A DNA stretch of 64,000 nucleotides from an uncultured Thermoplasmata archaeon (GTDB taxonomy: Archaea; Thermoplasmatota; Thermoplasmata; UBA10834), in NCBI GenBank assembly GCA_963719945.1, contig CAVRDX010000001.1:224001-288000 (forward strand). The letters run 5' to 3'. The position numbers and the translations under genes were made by a program. Numbering within the stretch: position 1 is the stretch's first letter; each line of letters starts with the position of its first letter. Under the pieces are notes generated by a model, which was not told the origin of the DNA, did no database searches, and was given only the letters and a program-made list of their open reading frames with translations. Positions 29,620 to 41,962 of the stretch are shown here, one piece after another.

Positions 29620-29745
29620 GAGATTGGAAGCGGATTGAATCACGGTTTTCATATCGACCCGGATTCTGCCACTCTCCTCCCCCCACCATTCCCCCCAAGA
29701 AACGGGTCCCGGTCCGCTTTCAATCTCCGTTCCCCCCCTTTCTGT
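29620..29745 (+). ncRNA. Candidate structured small RNA with C-rich loop
   Basis: BRE/TATA (GAAAGGG-TATATGAA, 29581-29595) with no convincing ORF downstream. 15-bp stem 29620-29634/29713-29727 with one G-U; inner stem GACCCG/CGGGTC closes a C-rich loop; pyrimidine tail. Confidence 0.5.
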
Positions 29746-29933
29746 AATGATGACTGGCATGTTCCTCAATATGCGAATTCCATGTATGGTGGCCAGCTCG
29801 ATACATTGATTGAGGGGTCCCAGCGAAGTCCTAAAATAGGTTCACCTTGATTTTCCACAAGCATGGGATATTGGAAAATAGGCCATTAGAAGCCTACCCA
29901 ATAGTCCTTAAACTGCTGTTGACGGTGTTGGAT

Positions 29934-30992
29934 TTGACTGCGAAGAAGAGGAAGGCCGCAAAGACCAAGGCTAAGTCGGAGAGTCTAGATCTCGTTCAGT
30001 TCAAGTCCGAGCTGCTCAAGATGGCAAAGGAAGTCAAGGGTCAGCTTGGACTGTACATCAAGCACGTCGAATCTGGCCAGGAACTAGCCGTTGAAGCGGA
30101 CAAGACCTATCCTCTCTCCAGCGTTTTCAAGTTAGGTGTGATGGTTGAGACATTCAGGCAGATTGAGGAAGGATCGATATCTCTTGAAGAACGGATCGAG
30201 CTGGAGCCGAGGCATTATTGCATCGGCGAAGGTGTCCTACAATACTTGTCCCCTGGCCTCAAACCGACGGTCGGAGACCTTCTTTCGCTGATGATCATAT
30301 CTACGGATAATACAGCTTCCGAGATGCTGTGGAAGAGGATTGGCATCCAGAGGGTCAACATGCTTATGCGAGAACTCGGCCTCGCCAAGACTTCCATCTA
30401 CATCCCCTACAGGGAGAGTTTCCTCATGTCCATGGGCTATGGCCCGCTAAAGGACCGAACCATACCAGAGGCTGCGAGGGCATGGGCTGGCATGTCCGAT
30501 GTCGAAAGGATGAAGACTCTGAATGAGACCGAGCGCGAGTCCGCCGGCCTCTCCATAGAAGAATTCAGGACCCGATATGCGAGCATATATGGGGTCAGGG
30601 CTGAGAAGAAGTTCAAGACACAGAGGGTGTACGACGAGGTCTTTGACAATTTGAGCACACCCAGGGAGATCGGCATAATACTCGAGAAGATCCTGAAGAA
30701 TGAGATAGTCTCACCGCAGGCCTGTCAGGCAATGCTCAAGCTCCTGATGCGTCAGAAGGACTCGACTTCGATGTCCTACCTGCTGTCCCCGGATACTCCC
30801 GTCGCACTGAAATCCGGATGGGCTGCAGCTTCACTTACAAACGCAGGCATCATATTCATATCTGCGAAATCGCACGTGATCCTCTGCACATTCTTCAAGA
30901 AGATTGAGGAAGGTCATCTTGAGAAGACTCTGGACGTAGAGGCTCGGATTGCCAGAGCGGTGTACGACTACTTCTCCCGTGTCCGCCCATGA
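29934..30992 (+). CDS. Serine hydrolase of the class A beta-lactamase / PBP-like family
   Basis: SVFK (SxxK), STDN and KSG motifs; long omega-loop-region insertion; no signal peptide. TTG start inferred from the TATA at about 29906. Confidence 0.88.
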   Translation: MTAKKRKAAKTKAKSESLDLVQFKSELLKMAKEVKGQLGLYIKHVESGQELAVEADKTYPLSSVFKLGVMVETFRQIEEGSISLEERIELEPRHYCIGEGVLQYLSPGLKPTVGDLLSLMIISTDNTASEMLWKRIGIQRVNMLMRELGLAKTSIYIPYRESFLMSMGYGPLKDRTIPEAARAWAGMSDVERMKTLNETERESAGLSIEEFRTRYASIYGVRAEKKFKTQRVYDEVFDNLSTPREIGIILEKILKNEIVSPQACQAMLKLLMRQKDSTSMSYLLSPDTPVALKSGWAAASLTNAGIIFISAKSHVILCTFFKKIEEGHLEKTLDVEARIARAVYDYFSRVRP

Positions 30993-30998
30993 TCCTCG

Positions 30999-32270
30999 TC
31001 ATGAGAGCACGATGGCCCCCTTCTCGATCAGGGCAGCCTCCTTATCCGTGAGAGTTATCCTGTCTATCACGAGTATGAGTCTCGATTTTCTGTATGCGAT
31101 GACATCTTTCAGGTGATCAATCACCAATAGCGCCTTGCGAAAATCATTATATGTCACGATACTCTCGAAACCATCCAAGAGCACGATGGTGTTAGAACCG
31201 CGCTCGATGAACCTGATGATGGTATCAGTCAATATCCCGATGTTTGCAGGATTGATGACGTCCTGGCTCGCGGTGGTCGAGAGCCACAGTATAGCCGTCT
31301 TCTTTAGTCCATATTGCTCACGAATCGCGTTGGGATGCTTCCTGGCTATGATCAGTCCTTCGAGCCCACTGTTCAGCCCCTCCATCATCATCTCATATGC
31401 TCTCTTCCCGTCGCCACCCCAGACAATGTATGATTTCTTTGCTTCGAGAGTTATTGGTCTCGCATCATCCAACATTCTCTCTGGCTCGGGCGTGATAGAC
31501 GAAAACCGCTGTCTCGATCGAATGATCATGCCGAATCCGATGGCCAGAGTCGTGTATGAGCAGAAGAAGAGTATGTCTGGCAAAGACCCGATCGAGTACT
31601 CGCCAGATGCGCTCGTGAATGCATACAGGAGATCTCCAACCGTCCAGAACAGCATCGATACCGATATTGTCAGCCAATAGTCCTCGAGCCGCCCTCGCTT
31701 GTAGAACCATATCAGGATAATGAGCAGCGTCAGCATGATCGAATCGAATATGGGGTACATGCTGTACACCACTTTCTCTAGGGCAGAGATATCCGTTGAT
31801 TTCGTTGTGGTGTATACGGTAAACTCGAGCATTACACTCATCGGGACCCAGAAAGCCAGTTCTGCCGCCAGGACTGAATTAGGGATTCTTGTCCAGGTCT
31901 TTATGACTGTGGTTGCGAGGACTGCCGTTAGAATCGCATAACCGGCCAACCAGAATGCGTCCGCGAGAGTCACCGGTGGCACATCATCCATCAGATGGTG
32001 ATAGATCGGGTATGTGACCCATCCCATGGCAAAGAGTGCAAAGGCGATTACGAAGAATACGCCGATCTGTCGAAACGGGGTCTTCCTGTTTGTCCAATAG
32101 AGGATGAACGATAGAACTGCAGCGAGGACCGATATCGCAGGGGTGACCACATTGGCCATGAATTCCGCCTGCTCATCATTTGCCAAGAGCATTGGCATGG
32201 ATGCTGAGAAGGCGAGCACAGCTACGATGAGAAACCATCCACGAGTTGTTCTCGGGAGTGCGAGCCTCAA
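30999..32270 (-). CDS. Multi-TM sensor-like domain fused to DUF835
   Basis: About 7-8 TM helices (ADAFWLAGY, YPIFD, VGDLLY), then IIARKHP, ILWLS, INP, VLLDGFE and EAALIEK. Confidence 0.88.
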   Translation of the reverse strand: MRLALPRTTRGWFLIVAVLAFSASMPMLLANDEQAEFMANVVTPAISVLAAVLSFILYWTNRKTPFRQIGVFFVIAFALFAMGWVTYPIYHHLMDDVPPVTLADAFWLAGYAILTAVLATTVIKTWTRIPNSVLAAELAFWVPMSVMLEFTVYTTTKSTDISALEKVVYSMYPIFDSIMLTLLIILIWFYKRGRLEDYWLTISVSMLFWTVGDLLYAFTSASGEYSIGSLPDILFFCSYTTLAIGFGMIIRSRQRFSSITPEPERMLDDARPITLEAKKSYIVWGGDGKRAYEMMMEGLNSGLEGLIIARKHPNAIREQYGLKKTAILWLSTTASQDVINPANIGILTDTIIRFIERGSNTIVLLDGFESIVTYNDFRKALLVIDHLKDVIAYRKSRLILVIDRITLTDKEAALIEKGAIVLS

Positions 32271-32350
32271 TTCTCTTCCTCCGTTCTCTTGTAAGATGGC
32301 GTTTGTCGGTATATTTTGAATCTCTTTCTAGGTATAGTCGATGATGGGGT

Positions 32351-32944
32351 CTATTGCCGCTTTTTCCAGATGATCTCTTTGTCCCTGAGCTCGACAGCGA
32401 GACCACCCTTTCTGGACATGTCCGTCTTCGCCACGTAGAGAGGAACTACAGTGATATTGAGCTTCTTCCTGACCTCATCCGACAGATTCGAAGCCGCCTC
32501 TTTTGCCTGTTGTTCGGTTACCTTTGCATCATCGAAGACTACAGCGACATCGACCTCTTCCCCTGGTCCATGCTCCCCTCTCCCAACAGTTCCGAACAAT
32601 CTGCATTCCTCCAGCCAATCATATCTGCTCATCATAATCGAGTAGGATCTGGCTGCATCTCTGTGTGGGTCTGCGTCTGGCAAGATCTTCAACGGTCGGA
32701 GCTTCTCTCTGTCGTCGGTAAGCCTGACTGAGGTCGAATTCCCCACCTTTCTTGTCTTGACCAACCCAAGCTTCTTCAGCTCGTCGACCGCTCTCCACAC
32801 GGTCATTGTCGGAATTCCAGAAGTCCTTGAGAGTTCGTTGATGCTGAACCTGTGGTCGTGATGGGCCCTTAGGGTTCGAATTATCTCTATTCTGCCTTTC
32901 CTAGCCAGTATCTCGATAAATTCCCTTGAGATCGCATTATTCAT
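32351..32944 (-). CDS. Winged HTH fused to a minimal nucleotidyltransferase (MNT) domain
   Basis: SINELSR..TVWRAVDELKKLGLV HTH; LFGTVGRGE..EEVDV corresponds to the MNT GS..DxD motif (degenerate). Confidence 0.82.
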   Translation of the reverse strand: MNNAISREFIEILARKGRIEIIRTLRAHHDHRFSINELSRTSGIPTMTVWRAVDELKKLGLVKTRKVGNSTSVRLTDDREKLRPLKILPDADPHRDAARSYSIMMSRYDWLEECRLFGTVGRGEHGPGEEVDVAVVFDDAKVTEQQAKEAASNLSDEVRKKLNITVVPLYVAKTDMSRKGGLAVELRDKEIIWKKRQ

Positions 32945-32980
32945 ATCATCAATGGTATGAACATATCATATGTGGTATAA
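32940..32980. promoter_or_regulatory. Tandem operator-like sites over the start codon and TATA of the HTH-MNT gene
   Basis: CATATCAT-N3-TGGTAT occurs twice, 20 bp apart. The first copy lies in a 9/10 palindrome, TTCATATCAT-CA-ATGGTATGAA. Confidence 0.55.
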
Positions 32981-33042
32981 GAAATGGATGCATAAGCCAC
33001 GCCAGTATGAAGAAAAAATGAAAACATAAGTTGGGGTTTGCT

Positions 33043-33999
33043 TCAATCGACGACGGACTCGAGGACGCGAATCTCCCTTTCGGTCGCGTCGATTGCTATC
33101 TTGGCATTTAGCGGCAGGGGCGCGTTGTACATGCCATGGCCCGCGCAGAGACCCCATATGGACGGCCTATTCACCCCTCCGATTCGTTCCCTGACTATCT
33201 CCTCAACGCTGGGGTATGGTTCATCCGGCTTCCTCATTTCTGAGATCTCGCCCATTATTATCGCCCTGGCGTCCTCGATCTTCTTGCACAATCTAAGCTG
33301 AGTCAGGTGGTACTCTATGTGATAATATGTCTCACCGACCTCTTCCAGGAGCAGGATCTTATCCTTGGTATCGAGTTCGTACTTGCTCCCGAGGATGCCG
33401 CACACGAGCGTCAGATTCCCACCACACAGTCTTCCGGTGGCCTTTCCCTCTCCGATGGTCATCATCATCATGCCCTTTGGCGGGTTCTTGATTACCTGGA
33501 GCTCCTCCTGCCCCATCATTACCCTTATGGCCGTCTTCAGATCCTCTGACTGGGTCTTGATGAACTCCTCTCCTCTGGCGGGCCATATATCGACCAGAGG
33601 ACCATGGAATGTGACCATCCCGCACAATTGGTTCAATGCGGCATGGTATGCAGTGATGTCGCTGAATCCCATGAACACCTTGGGATGGTCCTTGATCATG
33701 TCGAAATCGATCATGTCCAGTATTCTCATCGAACCGTAGCCACCGGTCGCGCAGAGCACTCCGTCGATGGAGTCGTCCTCGAATGCCCAGTTGAAGTCAT
33801 CCGCTCTAGACTTATCGTCTGCTGCCAGCGTCCTTACGCTGAGCAATTTCCTGGTGGTGTCTCCAAGCTTGACCTTCAGTCCCATCTTCTTGAGCAGTTC
33901 CACTCCAAGGTGTATTCCACAGTGGTCCGGATTGCTTGATGGCGATATGACTGCCACAGTCGAATTCTTCTTCAGTTTAGGCGGCTTCTGTATCTTCAA
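33043..33999 (-). CDS. LD-carboxypeptidase / MccF-like peptidase, S66 family
   Basis: VISPS, GGYG, GFSDIT (Ser), FHGP, GGNL, LLEEV (Glu) and AGH (His). Confidence 0.93.
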   Translation of the reverse strand: MKIQKPPKLKKNSTVAVISPSSNPDHCGIHLGVELLKKMGLKVKLGDTTRKLLSVRTLAADDKSRADDFNWAFEDDSIDGVLCATGGYGSMRILDMIDFDMIKDHPKVFMGFSDITAYHAALNQLCGMVTFHGPLVDIWPARGEEFIKTQSEDLKTAIRVMMGQEELQVIKNPPKGMMMMTIGEGKATGRLCGGNLTLVCGILGSKYELDTKDKILLLEEVGETYYHIEYHLTQLRLCKKIEDARAIIMGEISEMRKPDEPYPSVEEIVRERIGGVNRPSIWGLCAGHGMYNAPLPLNAKIAIDATEREIRVLESVVD

Positions 34000-34129
34000 C
34001 TAAACTCCCCCATGGTTGCGACATTGTCGAAGTGGCATAAAACCCCAACGCATGAGCGTGCATTCTGGAACCTGATGGAAACGTATATTCCGACGGTCAT
34101 GGATTTGGATTCAGACCTGGGGAGGATAC

Positions 34130-37851
<3,722 letters not shown>

Positions 37852-37979
37852 TCACTTCTCTCGGGCGTTACACCTCGGCTATCATCGCTTGCAGTAGCTG
37901 ATAGCCAGACGCGCGGATTCAAATACTCGAAATTGACACATTAATAGGTGCAGGTTATTGCTAGCGGAGTGAGCACAAG

Positions 37980-38909
37980 ATGCCCCGAAATGATAGCAGA
38001 GAGGGATCCAGGACGCGGACTGCAGTCGGGTCCTTCGATGATGGCGCTTCGCTCAACAAGCAAAGGCGAAAGCTTCAGAGGATCGTTCGGAACCAGGACC
38101 TGAAGTTGCGTGATGTGTCCGGCGAGTTCGATCCGAGGGAGACCTCCAGCCCGAGCTTGGCGCAGAAGCAAGCGACCCTCTCGCCGGAGCTGCTAGTGCC
38201 TGCAGCGGTCTCGGAAGACGAGTGCGTGCAGTATCAATGCACCGAGTGCGACATGATGGTGAAGGATTCCGATCCATACTGTCCGTTCTGCGGTGCCATA
38301 TTCGCAGACGGCCCGCTATCGTCTTCAGACGAGACCGCGGAAGCGGATGAGAAGCCATCAGACGCCCCTCCGATGATCCGAGAGGAGTTCGTCCGACCGG
38401 AGAAGTTCGACCTGTTCGGCATGATGAAGACAAGGGCCCGGGCACGAGAACTCCTCTACCAGGAGGCTCTGAACGGATTCGCTGGTTCGGCTCGGCTTCT
38501 CGAGGAGATCGAGCACCTGATTTCAGACATCAGCTCTCTGGGCACGGACACCACGAGGGCACGGAGGCTGATGGGCAATGCATGGGAGGCCTGCAGGGAA
38601 GGCAATTGGACGCTTGTCTCTGCCCTTGCAAGACAGACGGAAGAGGTCATGACCCCGAGCATACCATCGCTGGTGAGGTCCGAACTGGCCAGAGCCAGGG
38701 AGTATCTCATGGATGCGAAGGCTGCAGGGGTCGAGGTCTCGGACTATGTCCTGCGCATGAAGGCTGCCATGAATAGCCTGAAGGCCAACGATGTCGACGA
38801 GGCGCTCCGGATAACCAAGGATCTGATGGATATCCTGAGAGAGGACTCGGTCTCCTGGAAGAAAGGCGGATCACCCGCTTCCAGAAACTCCCTGCTATCC
38901 ATATTGTGA
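37980..38909 (+). CDS. Hypothetical protein with Zn ribbon and helical C-terminal region
   Basis: YQCTECDMMV..PYCPFCG; start uncertain. Confidence 0.7.
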   Translation: MPRNDSREGSRTRTAVGSFDDGASLNKQRRKLQRIVRNQDLKLRDVSGEFDPRETSSPSLAQKQATLSPELLVPAAVSEDECVQYQCTECDMMVKDSDPYCPFCGAIFADGPLSSSDETAEADEKPSDAPPMIREEFVRPEKFDLFGMMKTRARARELLYQEALNGFAGSARLLEEIEHLISDISSLGTDTTRARRLMGNAWEACREGNWTLVSALARQTEEVMTPSIPSLVRSELARAREYLMDAKAAGVEVSDYVLRMKAAMNSLKANDVDEALRITKDLMDILREDSVSWKKGGSPASRNSLLSIL

Positions 38910-38956
38910 AAGCGCGGGGAAAGAATTCTTATCATTGTAAATGGGTAATGTGAACG

Positions 38957-39688
38957 ATGTCTTCGGACCATACTTCCATAGACTCTCAGGGCATTGAGAT
39001 CCTCAAGAAAGCATTGAATCAGAGGGTAATTGTCACGAGGTCCAGGATTGTCCCGAGCAATAGAAATCGAGTCTGGTTCGTTGAGACAGATGTGCGACCC
39101 GTAGTCGTAAAGCGTTCTTTCTCCGGCCGTTCGCCCGTGGAGTTCGAGACGATGTTGTTGGCGAAGAAAGCTGGGGTGGATGTGCCCTACCCGCTCTATA
39201 TGGACAAGCATTATCTGGTCACAGAGTTCGTCGCTGGCGAATCATGCGATCTGCTGATAAATCACATGTTCAGCCATGATGCTGCTGGAGGATTGGGCCG
39301 ATGGTTCGCGTCATTCCACGAGCGTCTCGAGAGCTTCGGTCGACCACTCGTTATGGCGGATGCCACACTTCAGAATTTCATCATGCAAGATGATCGCATA
39401 TACGGTTTCGATCTCGAGGATGCGTCTCCTGGAGAACCACTCGATGACTTGGGCCAGATGGCTGCCTCCATACTTGGCAACGAGCCATTCTTTACACCCA
39501 TCAAGTTCGATCTATGCTTCACAATGCTCGAGGGATACGAAGACGAGAGTGGTTTGGAATCATTGGAGAGCGTCCGACCATATGTGGCCAAGCATCTGCG
39601 TAATTCCGTCCGGTCGAAACCTCTCTTCAGGAGACCCTTTGAAAAAGTCGCGCTGACTCTTGAACGCGGTTGGCCGAGCCTCGCCTAG
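38957..39688 (+). CDS. Protein-kinase-like phosphotransferase (RIO/Bud32/APH/Kdo-like)
   Basis: VVVK, VPYP, LVTEF, catalytic-loop-like ADATLQNF and FDLED. Confidence 0.75.
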   Translation: MSSDHTSIDSQGIEILKKALNQRVIVTRSRIVPSNRNRVWFVETDVRPVVVKRSFSGRSPVEFETMLLAKKAGVDVPYPLYMDKHYLVTEFVAGESCDLLINHMFSHDAAGGLGRWFASFHERLESFGRPLVMADATLQNFIMQDDRIYGFDLEDASPGEPLDDLGQMAASILGNEPFFTPIKFDLCFTMLEGYEDESGLESLESVRPYVAKHLRNSVRSKPLFRRPFEKVALTLERGWPSLA

Positions 39689-39733
39689 ATGCTCATCTAG
39701 TGACTGCCTTTGGCAATGCGATGAATAGCCTTC

Positions 39734-41962
39734 TCATTCCGCATCCGTCTTCTTATCCTCAGGTTCGCCGTGGGCATCCGCCCTTCTCTTCGCTCGGCTC
39801 CTGATCTCCTCAAGCTTCTTGGTGATCTCAGAGATGCTGTCGACCTGGTCTCCTATGACCTGTTTCCTGCGTTCGATGGTCTCCCTCATCTTCTCCGTCT
39901 TGGACTTCTCGAGAGCTATCTTCTCCATCTCCTCGGCCATATGCTCCCTGCGCTCGTCCATCTCACGCATCTTCTCCTCGAAGGCCTGCTCCCTTGTCCT
40001 GAGCTCCTCCTCTCGCTCCCTGAAGGAATCGTCCCTCTCCTGGATCGTCCGTTCCCTCTCTTCCATCTCGGCCATCCTCTCGGAGACGTGTTTGCGCTCG
40101 GCATCGAGCCGCTTCATCTCATCTTCCACTTGGGCCTTGGCCTGGTCTACCTCCTGTTGGAGGTTGCTCTCGCGGTCCGCGAGCGCCTGAAGCTTGGAAT
40201 CGAGTTCCTGTCGGGAGGCCTTCTGCTCTTCCGCCATCCTATCCATCTCGGCTCTGTCGGCCTCGACCCTCTGCTCGCGCTCCTCGATTACCCTATCACG
40301 CTCTTCGAAGTCGCCCGCCTTGTTATCCATATCGGCTTTGAGGGATTCCAACTCCATCCTCTGTCTGGCGAGTTCTGCGGATTCGGTCTCGAGTTTCGCC
40401 CTGAGCTCTTCGCTCTCGCCCTCTTTTGTTACCAGAATGCGTTCCTTATCCACTATCTCCGATTCGCGGTCCGACATGCTCTGGGCAGCCTCTTCATGAC
40501 CTGCGAGTGATTCGCTCAGCTTGGATTCCCTCTTCTGGACCTCTTTCTCTCTCTTGTCCAGGTCCCTGAGCATCGATTCAATGCGTTTCTCGGAATCCTG
40601 CACGCCCTCCTCTCTCTCAGTGAGGGCTGCCTGTATCGAGTCGAGTTCCTGGGTCCTCTTCTGCAGGTCCTCGTTCTCCTTGCCTATGTTGCCAAGTAGT
40701 TTGGATAGCTCGGCCTGCTGTGATTCGGCACTGGAGTCGATCTCCGCTCTCCTTCTCTCCAATTCCTCCTTCTCTGAGGCCAGCTCCTGTTCTCTACCTT
40801 CAATGCTCGCAATCTTGTCCTTGAATTCCTGTTCTTCCGATTCGAAGGCGGTTCTCCTCTGCTCTTGGTCGTCAGCGGACCTCTGGAATTCCTCCTGCCT
40901 GACTCTGAGATCATCCTCTGCTTGGGCTATCTTCGTCTCCCTTTCTCCGAGGTTGACCTCCGTGTCCGCCAGATCTGCCCTGAGGTTCTCCGTCTCGACT
41001 ATGAATGCTCTCCGCTCGTCCTCCAGAGCCGAGGTTGAATGGTCCAGGTCCATCTTTCGTACCTCAAGGTTGGATTGCAGCTGCTTCAGGGAGTGTTCCC
41101 TGGCTTCGATCTCACCGCGCTCGGCCTCGATCTGCTTCCTATCCCTGTCAAGGCTTTCAAGTCGCACCTTGGTCTCCTCGACTTCCTTGAGCCATTCGAC
41201 CCTGGACTGTTCGAAGCTCTCCTTCTCTTCGTCGAACATCTTCTGGCTCTCTTCGAGTCCGATCCTTTCCTTCACTAATCGTCCATAGCCGATCTCGTAC
41301 TCGTTTATCGATTGGCCGATGCCTACCTGCAACGATCTCATCAGGCCACGCTTCGCCTCAGCAGCTGCCTCGAACGCATGCTTGCTGCGGTTGAGGTTCT
41401 GCTCCCTTTCCAGCAGTAGTGTGACCCTCTCGTTTATCTGGGAATGTCTGTCCGAAACCTCTGCCTCGAACGCCTCTAGCTCTTTCTGCCATGATTCCGT
41501 GTCTTGTTGGAACTTCGAGAGCTCGTTCCTGAGATTCTCCAGTTCCTCGATCTCCTGAGTATGAGCGACCTTCTCCGCTTCCATGGCCTTAATGGCTTCT
41601 TGCGCGTTGGTCTGTTCGCTCTTGGCCTTCTGCTCGGCTTCGAGCGCGGCCTTGCTCCTGGCCTCTATCGATGCATCGAAGGCGCCTTCGACCGAGTTGA
41701 GCATCTCCTTTATGAACCCTGTCTCATCATCCTCGGCGACGTCTTTTCCCACGAGAATGAAATGGAGCTTCTGGCCTCTTATGATAGTTCCGACGAGTCT
41801 GTCGACCTCAAAGGCTCCAATGGCTGCTATGTCTCCCTTGCCTTTGATCGCCTTTTTGACATCATCATAGGTGACGTCTGCCTTTGTGCTGAATACAAAC
41901 TCCTTCAGAAGTCGGCCATCTGGCTCAACTAGAAATCCCTTGTATATCTTCTTACCGAACAT
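39734..41962 (-). CDS. Long coiled-coil protein with small N-terminal globular domain
   Basis: About 640 aa of E/R/K/Q-rich helical sequence; no Walker motifs; no TM. Confidence 0.85.
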   Translation of the reverse strand: MFGKKIYKGFLVEPDGRLLKEFVFSTKADVTYDDVKKAIKGKGDIAAIGAFEVDRLVGTIIRGQKLHFILVGKDVAEDDETGFIKEMLNSVEGAFDASIEARSKAALEAEQKAKSEQTNAQEAIKAMEAEKVAHTQEIEELENLRNELSKFQQDTESWQKELEAFEAEVSDRHSQINERVTLLLEREQNLNRSKHAFEAAAEAKRGLMRSLQVGIGQSINEYEIGYGRLVKERIGLEESQKMFDEEKESFEQSRVEWLKEVEETKVRLESLDRDRKQIEAERGEIEAREHSLKQLQSNLEVRKMDLDHSTSALEDERRAFIVETENLRADLADTEVNLGERETKIAQAEDDLRVRQEEFQRSADDQEQRRTAFESEEQEFKDKIASIEGREQELASEKEELERRRAEIDSSAESQQAELSKLLGNIGKENEDLQKRTQELDSIQAALTEREEGVQDSEKRIESMLRDLDKREKEVQKRESKLSESLAGHEEAAQSMSDRESEIVDKERILVTKEGESEELRAKLETESAELARQRMELESLKADMDNKAGDFEERDRVIEEREQRVEADRAEMDRMAEEQKASRQELDSKLQALADRESNLQQEVDQAKAQVEDEMKRLDAERKHVSERMAEMEERERTIQERDDSFREREEELRTREQAFEEKMREMDERREHMAEEMEKIALEKSKTEKMRETIERRKQVIGDQVDSISEITKKLEEIRSRAKRRADAHGEPEDKKTDAE

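Noticed and set aside
29640-29745. tRNA or minus-strand G-quadruplex element
   Set aside because: No cloverleaf or T-loop. G-runs exist on the minus strand, but promoter position and the G-U pair favour a + strand RNA.
29746-29815. C/D box sRNA (ATGATGA at 29746)
   Set aside because: No CTGA D box at a suitable distance.
29934-30992. Antibiotic-resistance beta-lactamase
   Set aside because: No signal peptide, the Glu166 equivalent appears absent, and the host has no murein target.
32351-32944. Complete MNT-HEPN toxin-antitoxin system
   Set aside because: No HEPN ORF on either side.
39734-41962. SMC/Rad50 assignment
   Set aside because: No Walker A/B, signature motif, hinge or zinc hook.
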